From assembly GCA_965661285.1 (NCBI GenBank), contig CBFIDD010000002.1, positions 1 to 64,000 of the forward strand: 64,000 nucleotides of DNA. The letters are read 5' to 3'. The notes beneath the pieces were generated by a model, which did not search any database, had not been told where the DNA came from, and worked only from the letters and a program-made list of their open reading frames with translations. Source of the stretch: Poseidonia sp. (GTDB lineage Archaea > Thermoplasmatota > Poseidoniia > Poseidoniales > Poseidoniaceae). The translations under genes were made by a program, and so were the position numbers. Positions 1-9,673 of this stretch are shown in pieces. Numbering within the stretch: position 1 is the stretch's first letter; each line of letters opens with the position of its first letter.

Positions 1-85
1 CCATTCCGAACCCAGAAGTCAAGCCCTTCTGCGTCTCTCCCATTACTGTGGTACGAGAGTCCACGGGAAAGGAAGTCACTGTGCC
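1..85 (+). rRNA. rrf: 5S rRNA, 3' part (truncated at window start)
   Basis: CCATTCCGAACCCAGAAGTCAAGCC is the conserved 5S loop C/helix III signature; it is followed by TACTGTGGTACGAGAGTCCACGGGAAA (helix IV/V hairpin typical of archaeal 5S). 3' end approximate. Confidence 0.9.
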
Positions 86-127
86 CCTCTCTTTTCACCT
101 CGGGTTCCTCGACCCGCAAGGGCGCTT

Positions 128-161
128 AAGGCCGGACCTCCGTTGGAGGCCGGCCTTTTTT
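128..161 (+). terminator. GC-rich hairpin plus T-tract downstream of 5S rRNA
   Basis: AAGGCCGG-A-CCTCC-GTT-GGAGG-CCGGCCTT then TTTT: 13-bp stem with one bulge followed by a T run. Confidence 0.6.
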
Positions 162-224
162 GCGTTTGAGCAATTTTCCAAACACCACGTTTTAGAACTC
201 GCACGAAAAGGTCGGGATGAGCAC

Positions 225-887
225 ATGCCAATAGACACGGTCGACATTTTTGGAAGCGACCAGGCGGGCATCCACCTCGCCAGCGTAGGCAGTGTCCTTT
301 TCCATCCCCCAGAATTGCCAAAACCCACCGTTGAAATCCTCGAAACCTGCCTTGGCCTTGAACTCCATCCAATGACCATCGGAGGCTCAAGTTTGGTCGG
401 TGCCCTTGTTTGTGGCAATAGTCGCGGCATTGCAGTGGCTGATATCGCCACGGAAAGCGATATTGACCAGTTGACGGCCTACGGCGATGTGGTTGTCATG
501 GAAGGTGGCGTGAACACTGCTGGAAACCTCCTGGTTGTCAACGAAGTAGGCGCCATCGCTTCGCCCAGCATACCTCATGAAGGTCTTGAAATCCTCGCCG
601 AAGTGTTGGCCGTTGACGTGGCGTCAACCACCGTTGCGGGTCAAGATGTCGTGGGTAGCCTTGCCGTGGCCAACGACCAAGGCGTTCTGCTTCACCCGGA
701 TGTGACACCAGACGAAGCCATGCTGATCGAGGAAGTGCTCGGTGTGAAACCCATGGTGGGAACCGTATCGTTCGGTTCGCCCTATGTCGGGGCCGGTGTA
801 TGCGCATCGAATTCCGGTGCAATCAGCGGTACACAAACCACCGGGCCAGAGCTGAATCGAATCGAAGATGCCCTTGGTTTCCTTTGA
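225..887 (+). CDS. eif6: translation initiation factor 6 (aIF6)
   Basis: GSSLVGALVCGNSRG, GNLLVVNE, VANDQGVLLHP, GTVSFGSPYVGAG, TTGPELNRIEDALG are eIF6 motifs; start moved to ATG 225 because the ORF extension overlaps the 5S rRNA. Confidence 0.93.
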   Translation: MPIDTVDIFGSDQAGIHLASVGSVLFHPPELPKPTVEILETCLGLELHPMTIGGSSLVGALVCGNSRGIAVADIATESDIDQLTAYGDVVVMEGGVNTAGNLLVVNEVGAIASPSIPHEGLEILAEVLAVDVASTTVAGQDVVGSLAVANDQGVLLHPDVTPDEAMLIEEVLGVKPMVGTVSFGSPYVGAGVCASNSGAISGTQTTGPELNRIEDALGFL

Positions 888-943
888 ATCATTCATCGCA
901 CCAGTATGAAATGTTCAAAGGCTGATTTCATAGGTCGTTAGCC

Positions 944-1849
944 ATGGGAGAAATGCTCTACCAAGGCAAAGTCAAGCAAGTGTGGTCAACCGACGACCCC
1001 GACACCTACGAATTTCGATTTACCAATCAAATTTCGGTCTTCGACCAAATCATACCCTCGTTGATTCCACGGAAGGGCGAATCGCTCAACCGGACAACAG
1101 CACACTGGTTCAACTTGGTTGAGGAAGCGGGCATTTGCAAGACGCATTTGATCGAAGTCAACGCTCCAGACCGATGCCTCGTCCGGAAAGTGAAGGTCAT
1201 CAAAGAACCTGGTGCCATTCCCCGCGATATGGAGTGGGTGTTCGTTCCGCTCGAAGTGATTGTTCGCCACTACCTCTCAGGTTCAGCCTGGCGCCGCTTT
1301 CAACGGGGAGAACTCACCGCTGAAGCGTTGGGCGTTGCGCCCGACTGCGAATACGGCGTGAAGTTGGCCGAACCCTTTGTGGAAGTCACCACAAAATTCG
1401 AGGCCTTTGACCGAAACATCGGCCGATCAGAAGCCCTTGAAATCTCAAACATCACCGAAGAGGAGTACGAAAAGATCGTCGCAGCGGCGCTGGCCATTGA
1501 TGCCATCATCGAACAAGAAGCCGCCAAAAACGGATTGATTCATGTTGACGGAAAGAAAGAGTTCGCCCTTGGTGCCAATCGAGAGGTTGTCTTGGTTGAT
1601 ACGTTTGGAACTCTGGATGAAGACCGGTGGTGGGATGCTGAAGCCTACGCTAACGGTGAGTGCATTGAATTGTCGAAGGAATTTGTCCGAACACACTACA
1701 TTGAGACGGGTCATCAAGCCGAACTTCAGGCCGCCCGTGATAGTGGTGCAGAGGACCCCCCAATTCCGGCTCTTCCTCAATCCGTGATTGACGAGACCGC
1801 TGCGCTTTACGCATCGATGTACGAGCGTTTGACCTCGCAGGTTTTCTGA
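944..1849 (+). CDS. purC: SAICAR synthetase
   Basis: LYQGKVKQV, ISVFD..IPRKG, PLEVIVRHYLSGSAW, VDGKKEF, LSKEFVR motifs. Confidence 0.93.
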   Translation: MGEMLYQGKVKQVWSTDDPDTYEFRFTNQISVFDQIIPSLIPRKGESLNRTTAHWFNLVEEAGICKTHLIEVNAPDRCLVRKVKVIKEPGAIPRDMEWVFVPLEVIVRHYLSGSAWRRFQRGELTAEALGVAPDCEYGVKLAEPFVEVTTKFEAFDRNIGRSEALEISNITEEEYEKIVAAALAIDAIIEQEAAKNGLIHVDGKKEFALGANREVVLVDTFGTLDEDRWWDAEAYANGECIELSKEFVRTHYIETGHQAELQAARDSGAEDPPIPALPQSVIDETAALYASMYERLTSQVF

Positions 1850-2536
1850 TCAGCGGTGCGTGCGCAGAATCATACCGACACGGCGACGCTCTGCTGCTTT
1901 GAGCAGTGCCGTGAAGTGCTTGGCAACATCAGCCACGCCGCCATCGAGTGGTTCGTCAAACGAAGCGGTCCAGGCTCTGCTTGCCAACTGCTTTCGAAGG
2001 TCCCGCACGGCCGTGGCTGAGAGATAGCCATGAATTCGCATGCCACCAAAACCGTCCTCAAACATCGTGTGTCCACGAGTCTGCTCTTCGCATCCGTGGG
2101 CTAGAAGATTAAGGCCGTCCAAGATCCCGTCGTAAATTGCTTGACCGTCGTTGTCCGTGATGCTCCGGTTTGGTCGAATGAATTCAAAGAAATATCCCAA
2201 AGCCGACCCATCACCGTATGGAAACCGACCAAAACGTTCCCGTGTGAGGCGCTCCCCAAGGGTCAGCGGTCGTCCATCGCTGTTCAATTCCACACATGAG
2301 GTAAACAGGAGTGTCGCTGGGTCCCATCCAATGGAGGAGAACTCCTCCGGCTGGGCAACGCCTTGGTCTTTCAGACGCATCGACAACGGCTCATGTTCAG
2401 CCAGGAGTTCTTTCCAAGCCGTCCCGTCGCCAGCACACCCCGCCTCGATGGCACGCATGACGTCAAGCGCCAGTTCGCCGTTGAAGGCATCGAGCGTGTA
2501 AAACGCTGAGGTAGAGGCTTGGTCGTGCTCGTCCAT
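1850..2536 (-). CDS. hypothetical protein (228 aa)
   Basis: Fills the gap between purC and the large gene, with protein-like composition; no motif recognised. Confidence 0.75.
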   Translation of the reverse strand: MDEHDQASTSAFYTLDAFNGELALDVMRAIEAGCAGDGTAWKELLAEHEPLSMRLKDQGVAQPEEFSSIGWDPATLLFTSCVELNSDGRPLTLGERLTRERFGRFPYGDGSALGYFFEFIRPNRSITDNDGQAIYDGILDGLNLLAHGCEEQTRGHTMFEDGFGGMRIHGYLSATAVRDLRKQLASRAWTASFDEPLDGGVADVAKHFTALLKAAERRRVGMILRTHR

Positions 2537-2579
2537 GGTGTTGCCCCTACCTCAATGGGATTAAGGCCTTGCTTTTGCG

Positions 2580-5500
2580 TTAATCATCGCCGAAGAACTT
2601 CTTCAGCCGGTCCTCTACACTGCCTTCCCGCCTCGGCGCATCATCGGCCCCAAGTTCTTGCCGAAGGCTTGCAAGACGTCCGCTTGCGGTCTCGTCTTGT
2701 TGCTCTGGTTCTGGTTCTACAATTTCAATGGTGGATTCAATGACGGTTTCTTCAGTCACCTGAGGTGCTGCTTCCTCTTGGGGTTCATCTTCCTCGACCT
2801 GGATTTGAATGTCATCCACTGGTTCCTCTCTGGTTTCTTCTGCAGGTTTGGGTTGAGGCGCTTTGGTTTCGTTGTCGGTTTTGGGTCGCGTTTTCTTCGG
2901 TTTTGGTCCCTGAATGAGGCCGAGCAACCATGCCACTCCGAGCACGAGTGCGGCTACGCCCACGATCCATCCAACATCATTGGAGGAGACGGTCAACAAT
3001 CCCTCGGACTTGTAGTAGGTGCTTCGAGTGTCATCGTCTGGGTCGTCGTCGATGTCAAAAGGCACACTGCATGCAAGGGTGGCGGTAATTTTTTCATCCC
3101 GCTGGATGCTGTTGGGGTTTTCAATGAAGACCACTGGCGCATACTCTGCATAGGCGATGTCGACGATGTAAACGGTTGACCAACCCCCTTCAGCCTCAAC
3201 GGTCAACTCACAGACAGCGTTTGCAAGGAGACCGTATCCACTGCGCTGGATACCGATACTGATATCGCCATCTGCACTGAGGGAACTGATTCCGATGTTC
3301 CAGCCGCTTTCGCGTGCTACAACTGAGGTCGTGATGCTTTCCAGCTCCCGGCCGTATCGGTCGTGCGCTTTCAGTTCAAGTTCAAAGATACCGGCCTCCG
3401 GGTCCCAAGGTTCGATGGACACGTTCACCGTTTCTTGTGTTCCCGCAGCAAGGGTAAACACCTCGTCTTGAAGGTCGACACGCTCGCCCGATGATGACAC
3501 AAAGGTGAGCACGACCCGAAGTCCGTCCTCCGGGGCTGCAGATAACACGCAGGTTGCGATGGGACCCTCAGATGCAGATTGACCCAATTGATCAAAGGCG
3601 TCGTCAACGTATGAACACGAGACAGCACTTGCGGGGTACGTGCGCGAAACCGCATACATCGAAAGATTTCCAGAGGTGCTCGTGGACTGGAAGGTGATTT
3701 GGTGTTCTCCGGTTGTTGAGGGCTGTTCAAAGGAGATTTCATTGCCGCTTTGGGTCATATCGGGCAACCCACTGAATGTGATCTCCTCCGTTCCCTCAAC
3801 ATCAAAGGTCATGCTTTGGCGGGTGGCTACGAAGGCATCAATGACGGGTGTTTGCGCGAAGACCACTGCGCTGTGCTCGACTTCGATGTTGTGTGATATT
3901 ACACCGAGCAAAGGGTGGTTCACGTTCAGCGTGAGCAAGAACCGTTGTTCGTTCCACGAAGAGGAGGGTGTGAGTGAGAGCGGTATGCCTGAAACTTCTC
4001 CGGGAGCAAGAATCACTTGGGTTCCTTGGGTCGTCGACCATCCCTCCGGTAATCCGTCGACGTCAACCGTGAGCATAGCGATATCGTTCCCGTTGTTTTC
4101 GACCCATGCCGTCGGGTATCCACCTTTGGTGTTTACACTCCATGATCCACGATGATCCACGACGATGCTGGGCGATGCACCGACACGAACGGGGACTTCT
4201 TCGACCACCAAACCGCTGGTGTCGTTCCCAGTGATTCTGATTCGTAGGACACCGACCTCCCCTGCAACAGCGTCGGACGGTGGTTGAACATGCACTTGGA
4301 AGGTGCTTGTGCCGTAGGGCTCGACTTCGGTTGCATCATCGGGGAGCGTGATGTTCCAACCCGCTCCTGCTTTTGCAAAATAGGGTCGCTCGTAGGCGTT
4401 TCCAGTGTGAATGAGATCAAAGGTCATGTTCTCGCCGGCCGGGTCAACTTCCAAATCGGCCTCCGTGAGGTTGAGCCTCCAGCCAGAGACGGCCTCCACC
4501 TCAATCTGAAGGTATGTCTGGCCGATAATGTAGCCATTGGCCACGTGATGAAGGGTGATGTTCGCTATGGATGTCGCCCATGCCATGGTCGGGACGGTGA
4601 CGCTGAGCACAAGGGCGGTGGAACCGTTGATGGCAACCGTCGGTGTTTGAACAGATGCAGCCGTCCATGACGACATGTCGTTTCCATAGGGAGCCACGTG
4701 TACGCTGGGATCGAGCACGAGGTCATCGGCTGCATTGCCGAGGTTGGTCACGTTGAAGTCGAAGGAGATGAGGTCGCCTGGTTTTCCTGTTGCTGTTGTT
4801 CCATTTAGGGCGATCACCTCCCATTCATGACTTGGTGCAGCCTGGACCGCCACCGTCGTGGTGTCCACGACATCCCCGCCGAGTGAGGTCCACGAGAACA
4901 CGAGGTCGAACGGTGTTAGTGCCGGGGTCTCTTCGGAGAGGGTGATGTCCACGGTACCGATCCCTGTGGCCAAAGCACCCAGCGTCTTCTGCGGGTCGTA
5001 GTAGGTAAACGAAACATCAGGCGTAAACGTCGCATCGTCGGACGTTGCACTGGCCGTCAATTCAAACGTGTCAAGTCCATTGCCGGGGTTTTCCAAAAAC
5101 AAAAGGAAGCGGTGAGGCTCTGAAACATTGATCGAAATCGGTTCTCCCGGTTCGCTGACAACCGGTTCAATCACGTTGAGTCTGGCTCGGTAGACCTGCA
5201 GCACGTGGAGGCTGATGTTGAACATGGCATCAATATCTGAACCATCGGTGTCGGAGAAAGCGTGGCGCTTGGGGACGGCATTGGCCGGGAGTTGAAGTGA
5301 TACTTCCCCACTGACGACGCCCCCGGGTGTCCCTTGAGCAACGACATGTGAACCATTGATGGCGAAATCACCGGAGGCCGACCAGGCCCAATTTGGTTGG
5401 AACATGTCCATGTCACTCATGCTCCACTGAGCAACACCCGATGTTGGGACCGTACCCTCGAGCGACCATGTCAGCATGGCGTCGGGCAGCGAGCGATGGT

Positions 5501-8309
5501 GCTTGGGTTCGGCGACAAATTTCTGCGCCGTAAAGGTGAACGGCATGGCTTCGCAAAGTGCGTCATCGCCACTGCCCATGCAGAGGGTGAGCGTTGTTTC
5601 GGAAGCACTACCATAACTTGCTGAGGCAGGGGTGTCCAAGTGGGCAAAGAGGGTCTTGATCTCTCCCGGGGCGAGCGAGATGCTGAACAATTCCTGTCCG
5701 TTTGCATCGTGGATGGACGGGGACCCACCCCACGATGGGGCGGTCCATGTGATGGAGGTTGTCGATTCAGCGGCGTTTCCGAGGTTCTCAACCATAAACC
5801 ACGCTTTGGCCGTATGCCCTGGCCTTCCGTGTCCTGTGGAGGTGTTCATGCCGGTTGGTCCCGACAGGTCAAGTCCTCGGGTCCTGAACACGTCGAGTTG
5901 AACATCAATGGAGGTGTTCACGGACGTGTCGCTGTCAAGGGCTAACAGCAGCGAAACCATGCCGGATTCATCTCCGAGTGCTGTTGAAGGAACGTGAGCA
6001 TCAAACACCAAGGTTTGTGCCGTGTTTGGATTCAACGTCAGCGTCAGGGCTTGACTTCCCGCGGGAGAAAATGTCCAGCCGTCTGGAAGGGCGTTGTCGT
6101 CGTAAGTCACGGTCCAATCGGCTGTGCGGGACCCAGTCGCGACGACATCGACCAACACTTGTTGTGTGGTTCCGGGCTGAATTCGCGGGGTCTCGAGTGG
6201 TCCTGTCATCTCTGCGAGGTAGGGTTCCACCACGGTGAATTGCGCGATGGCATCGTTGTTGTCCTCCCGCTGTTCGGTGATGTTTTGATTCACATCAAGC
6301 ACCATCTCAAATTCGTGCGTACCGAGGGTGGCCTCAAAGGTGGCAGAGAAGGTCATGGGCCCGCCTTCGCCAGAGGGTGCAACCGGCTCACTTGAGGTGA
6401 AACGTTGGCGCGTGAGTTCAGCTCCGTTCATGAGCAGCACCGCATCGATGTCTTCGTCTGCTTCACCCGTCCCAATGTTCGCAAATTGCCCGGTTACAGT
6501 CACCATGTCGCCGGGGTCGGCTTGTGCGGGGTTGAAGGAAAGACCACGGCCGTCAAATGACGGCGCGAGGTCAGGCCCCAAATCGGAGACGAGCGTGTCA
6601 CCGTACAGCACATCGATGTGGCCATCGCCATCAACATCGGCGATGGCGGGGGCTGTCCACACTCTGTGCGGCATGCTGAGTGGTGTTGACCACGCACTGT
6701 TGATGTCTGCAGATGCGCCGGTATCGCCGTCAAACGCCCAAAATCGCCGGCCAAATCCAATCAGAATCTCGGGTGTTCCTTCACCGTCGATGTCAAGCCA
6801 AAACGGTGGTGAGGCGGCGATTTCATCGTTGTCATTGCCTGCCCCCCTTTGGAGATCTCGTGTCCATTCGGTGACCGGCGTGCTATCCGAGACGTCGGTG
6901 CAACCCAACATCCCTTTTCGGTTGAAACTCACGGTGGATTCGGAGTACCAGGTGACCCAGCACAGTCGGTCATCAATCCCGTCTTCATCGGTGTCGATGG
7001 CAAGTGGTTGTGCGTCGGCATAACCGTTCTGTGCTCTGAAGTTGAAGAGTTCCGTGGTTGAAGTCAGCTCCATGCCAATGAACCTTGCACCGCTGCCCGA
7101 TTGACGCCCGTTGGCATCGGTGGGCACCGTCAAGATCATCTCTGGTGCGTTGTCTTGGTCGAGTTGCACGATGAGCGGTCCAGGGAGTTTGAGTCGTGGG
7201 GAATCGGAATCCGTATCGGTTCCCTGGACGGCGACACGCTCCCAGTCCAATGAGCCACTTTCACCGTCGATTTTCCAAATCCACATGTTCCCTGAATCGC
7301 CGTCGATGGTGGTGAGCAGAACCGAGGTTGTGCTGCTATCGAGTTGCGCCCAAACCGGGTCCGAGGGATGGGTGCCACGGTCCAGTGAAACCGTCCACAA
7401 CGCCTGCGTGGGCTGTGAAGTGCTCAGGGCGTAGGCGTTGACCTTCACCAAAGGATCGTTGTCGGGGTCGTCAACCACGGCGACGATGAGTTCTGGTGTT
7501 CCGTCGAGTTCAAGATCTGCGATGAGTGGTTGCGTTACGGCCCTGTGGTCGCTGTTTGCTGTGGCGAAGTGTGGAGATGGTGAGCCGATGCGGACATCGG
7601 CGTCGCTGTAGGACCACACCAACTCGTTGCTGTGGCCAGAGGATTGCCAGTTTGATTCCGTACATGTGAGCCGAGGCGACCAAACGTCGACGTTGAGCGC
7701 CCCTTGTGTGTCGTAAACAAGAATGATTTCCTGGTGCCCGTCGCCGTCAATATCGTGGAGCATCGGTGTTGAACGGATGGCCTCGGTTGCACCAAGGCTG
7801 ACGCGCCAGGCGATCTTTGCATCGTTTCCGGAGACGATGTTAAGGAAACTCTCTCGGGTTCCGTCAGCGACTTCACTCGAGACCATGACGGGGAACAGCG
7901 TGCCGGATCCACAACGTTCCCGAGCGGCCTGCGAGGCGCTGATGCTCGTTGAAAAATTTCCTATCACCGAACCGTATGTGTCGCTCTCTGTTTGGTCGGA
8001 AAACACTTGCCAGTTCACGACAGGATTCTCCAAGGTCCCGAGCATCGTGATGTCAGCAAGGGTTCCTTCTCCAGGACCACCGTCGGGTCCGTGGGCCGGA
8101 ACGGTTTGGTTGTGCGTGGGTGTTTTCGCGTACTGGCTCCACGGTTGGTCATCACCAATCCATACGCTACCTGCGCTCTGAACAACCGAAGTTTCTGCTA
8201 AGAACTTTGGATGACTCATCGGGTTGAGCACGACGCCAATCATCAGGAAGACCAGCGTGGTCGCGACAAGCGTGCGCCGCGTGGTTGGTCGTGACCCAGT
8301 GGACATCAT
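2580..8309 (-). CDS. very large secreted/membrane-anchored surface protein: FG-GAP/VCBS beta-propeller, CARDB and repeated Ig-like (NEW3-like) domains, C-terminal TM helix and acidic tail
   Basis: N-terminal signal/TM; repeats DIDGDGHQEI, ADLELDGTPEL, DIDGEGTPEI, ADVDGDGHID; CARDB-like NITEQREDNN; repeated VENLGNAAE/ENPGNGLDT/VTNLGNAADD; TM WIVGVAALVLGVAWLLGLI. Confidence 0.85.
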   Translation of the reverse strand: MMSTGSRPTTRRTLVATTLVFLMIGVVLNPMSHPKFLAETSVVQSAGSVWIGDDQPWSQYAKTPTHNQTVPAHGPDGGPGEGTLADITMLGTLENPVVNWQVFSDQTESDTYGSVIGNFSTSISASQAARERCGSGTLFPVMVSSEVADGTRESFLNIVSGNDAKIAWRVSLGATEAIRSTPMLHDIDGDGHQEIILVYDTQGALNVDVWSPRLTCTESNWQSSGHSNELVWSYSDADVRIGSPSPHFATANSDHRAVTQPLIADLELDGTPELIVAVVDDPDNDPLVKVNAYALSTSQPTQALWTVSLDRGTHPSDPVWAQLDSSTTSVLLTTIDGDSGNMWIWKIDGESGSLDWERVAVQGTDTDSDSPRLKLPGPLIVQLDQDNAPEMILTVPTDANGRQSGSGARFIGMELTSTTELFNFRAQNGYADAQPLAIDTDEDGIDDRLCWVTWYSESTVSFNRKGMLGCTDVSDSTPVTEWTRDLQRGAGNDNDEIAASPPFWLDIDGEGTPEILIGFGRRFWAFDGDTGASADINSAWSTPLSMPHRVWTAPAIADVDGDGHIDVLYGDTLVSDLGPDLAPSFDGRGLSFNPAQADPGDMVTVTGQFANIGTGEADEDIDAVLLMNGAELTRQRFTSSEPVAPSGEGGPMTFSATFEATLGTHEFEMVLDVNQNITEQREDNNDAIAQFTVVEPYLAEMTGPLETPRIQPGTTQQVLVDVVATGSRTADWTVTYDDNALPDGWTFSPAGSQALTLTLNPNTAQTLVFDAHVPSTALGDESGMVSLLLALDSDTSVNTSIDVQLDVFRTRGLDLSGPTGMNTSTGHGRPGHTAKAWFMVENLGNAAESTTSITWTAPSWGGSPSIHDANGQELFSISLAPGEIKTLFAHLDTPASASYGSASETTLTLCMGSGDDALCEAMPFTFTAQKFVAEPKHHRSLPDAMLTWSLEGTVPTSGVAQWSMSDMDMFQPNWAWSASGDFAINGSHVVAQGTPGGVVSGEVSLQLPANAVPKRHAFSDTDGSDIDAMFNISLHVLQVYRARLNVIEPVVSEPGEPISINVSEPHRFLLFLENPGNGLDTFELTASATSDDATFTPDVSFTYYDPQKTLGALATGIGTVDITLSEETPALTPFDLVFSWTSLGGDVVDTTTVAVQAAPSHEWEVIALNGTTATGKPGDLISFDFNVTNLGNAADDLVLDPSVHVAPYGNDMSSWTAASVQTPTVAINGSTALVLSVTVPTMAWATSIANITLHHVANGYIIGQTYLQIEVEAVSGWRLNLTEADLEVDPAGENMTFDLIHTGNAYERPYFAKAGAGWNITLPDDATEVEPYGTSTFQVHVQPPSDAVAGEVGVLRIRITGNDTSGLVVEEVPVRVGASPSIVVDHRGSWSVNTKGGYPTAWVENNGNDIAMLTVDVDGLPEGWSTTQGTQVILAPGEVSGIPLSLTPSSSWNEQRFLLTLNVNHPLLGVISHNIEVEHSAVVFAQTPVIDAFVATRQSMTFDVEGTEEITFSGLPDMTQSGNEISFEQPSTTGEHQITFQSTSTSGNLSMYAVSRTYPASAVSCSYVDDAFDQLGQSASEGPIATCVLSAAPEDGLRVVLTFVSSSGERVDLQDEVFTLAAGTQETVNVSIEPWDPEAGIFELELKAHDRYGRELESITTSVVARESGWNIGISSLSADGDISIGIQRSGYGLLANAVCELTVEAEGGWSTVYIVDIAYAEYAPVVFIENPNSIQRDEKITATLACSVPFDIDDDPDDDTRSTYYKSEGLLTVSSNDVGWIVGVAALVLGVAWLLGLIQGPKPKKTRPKTDNETKAPQPKPAEETREEPVDDIQIQVEEDEPQEEAAPQVTEETVIESTIEIVEPEPEQQDETASGRLASLRQELGADDAPRREGSVEDRLKKFFGDD

Positions 8310-8440
8310 GCATCACCGTCTTCGGGGGGTTGTTATTGGTTATGGATGATTTACTCCCTAAAACCTCTTTTCCCACCTGCGTCATCGTCACCGAAACAAG
8401 GCCATGGAGCCCAAGTCATGGGCGTGCGATGCCGCTTGAA

Positions 8441-8447
8441 TTAAATA
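8441..8447 (+). promoter_or_regulatory. TATA box (TTAAATA) of the rpoE1 operon
   Basis: Canonical archaeal TATA about 130 nt before the rpoE1 ATG, implying a leader of about 100 nt. Confidence 0.55.
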
Positions 8448-8468
8448 GGGGCCTCCGGTGGACAGCAT

Positions 8469-8567
8469 GACTTCGGTCGCATTCTCTCCTGAGGGTTCAC
8501 CGGTGAAGGACGGAAAAGTCGCGAGACTCACCGTCTGCATCGTGCCTCTTGAGAACGCAAAGAGGTG
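8469..8567 (+). promoter_or_regulatory. putative structured 5' leader RNA
   Basis: Five consecutive hairpins including UUCG and GCGA tetraloops; the last pairs over the GAGGTG Shine-Dalgarno. Confidence 0.45.
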
Positions 8568-8572
8568 ATGAA

Positions 8573-9130
8573 ATGTACAAGGTTGTAACAAAGGAAGACA
8601 CCATCCGCATTCCTGCGGAATACATGCGCAAGGGTCAATCCCTTGACCAACACATCGACCGTCTCTCGATGGATGCCTTCGAGGGTAAATTCGATTCAGA
8701 GAACCGTTTTGTTTTGGTCACCAACAACCATAAGACCATCGGACGAGGTCGAATCATTCACGGTGATGGCGCCATTTACCAGCGCGTTCAATTTGATGCC
8801 GTCTTGTTTTGCATGGACGACCAAGAAGTCGTTGAAGGCGCCGTCTCAGAAGTGAACGAATTCGGCGCATTCGTCCGCATCGGCCCAATGGAAGCCCTGC
8901 TTCACAAATCACAAATCATGGATGAACCGGTCGACATCAACATCGGTGCCAACAAAATCACCGGGCGTCAGTCCGGACGAGAACTGTCCATCGGGTCCTT
9001 CGTTCGTGCCCGAATTGTATCGCTTTCACCTGACACGTCAGACCCACGTCGCTCCAAGATTGGTCTGACCAGCAAGCAAGACGGACTCGGCTCCCCGCAG
9101 TGGGAGAAGAAGAACGCAGGCGGTGAGTAA
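8573..9130 (+). CDS. rpoE1: DNA-directed RNA polymerase subunit E' (Rpo7)
   Basis: MYKVV..EDTIRIP, GRIIHGDGAIY, EFGAFVRIGPMEALLHKSQIMD, KIGLTSKQDGLG; SD GAGGTGA upstream. Confidence 0.95.
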   Translation: MYKVVTKEDTIRIPAEYMRKGQSLDQHIDRLSMDAFEGKFDSENRFVLVTNNHKTIGRGRIIHGDGAIYQRVQFDAVLFCMDDQEVVEGAVSEVNEFGAFVRIGPMEALLHKSQIMDEPVDINIGANKITGRQSGRELSIGSFVRARIVSLSPDTSDPRRSKIGLTSKQDGLGSPQWEKKNAGGE

Positions 9131-9132
9131 AG

Positions 9133-9336
9133 ATGGTCAAAAACCCCTTTGCTTGCGGTGAGTGCCACCTCGTCCTCAACGACGGTATCGACCAGTGCCC
9201 CCGTCATCCCTCAGCATCCGTCTCATCCGATTGGACGGGCTATGTCATCATCATTCAGCCGGAGCGATCAGAAATCGCTGAGCGATTGAAGGTGGAGCAA
9301 CCTGGAAAATACGCACTCAAGGTCAACATTCGATGA
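9133..9336 (+). CDS. spt4: transcription elongation factor Spt4 (RpoE'')
   Basis: ACGECH..CP zinc ribbon, SDWTGYVIII.PERSEIAERL, PGKYALKV; canonical position after rpoE1. Confidence 0.93.
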   Translation: MVKNPFACGECHLVLNDGIDQCPRHPSASVSSDWTGYVIIIQPERSEIAERLKVEQPGKYALKVNIR

Positions 9337-9346
9337 AGGTGAGAAC

Positions 9347-9673
9347 ATGGAAATCAAGGAACGAAGAGAAAATAAAATTCTAAACCGGGTTGAAATCGCT
9401 TTCAGCTGGAAACACGACACAAAATCGACGCCCTCCCGCAAAGAGGTCATGGACCTTGTCCAGACGCTCGAACCCGGTGCAAAACAAGATCTCATCGTCA
9501 TCAAAGACTGTGTGACGCGATTTGGTCAGCCCTTGACAACAGGAACGGCGTACATCTACGCCACGCAGGAAGCGATGGCCGTTGAGCCAGCGTACATTCA
9601 CAAGCGGCATGCAGGTCTTCGCAGTGGAACACCATCCGAAGATGCTGGTGCACCTGAGGGAGGCGATGAGTGA
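9347..9673 (+). CDS. rps24e: 30S ribosomal protein S24e
   Basis: [35 protein letters not shown]. Confidence 0.92.
   Translation: MEIKERRENKILNRVEIAFSWKHDTKSTPSRKEVMDLVQTLEPGAKQDLIVIKDCVTRFGQPLTTGTAYIYATQEAMAVEPAYIHKRHAGLRSGTPSEDAGAPEGGDE

Noticed and set aside
48-224. N-terminal extension of the aIF6 ORF in the track
   Set aside because: It overlaps the 5S rRNA and terminator hairpin; homology starts at ATG 225.
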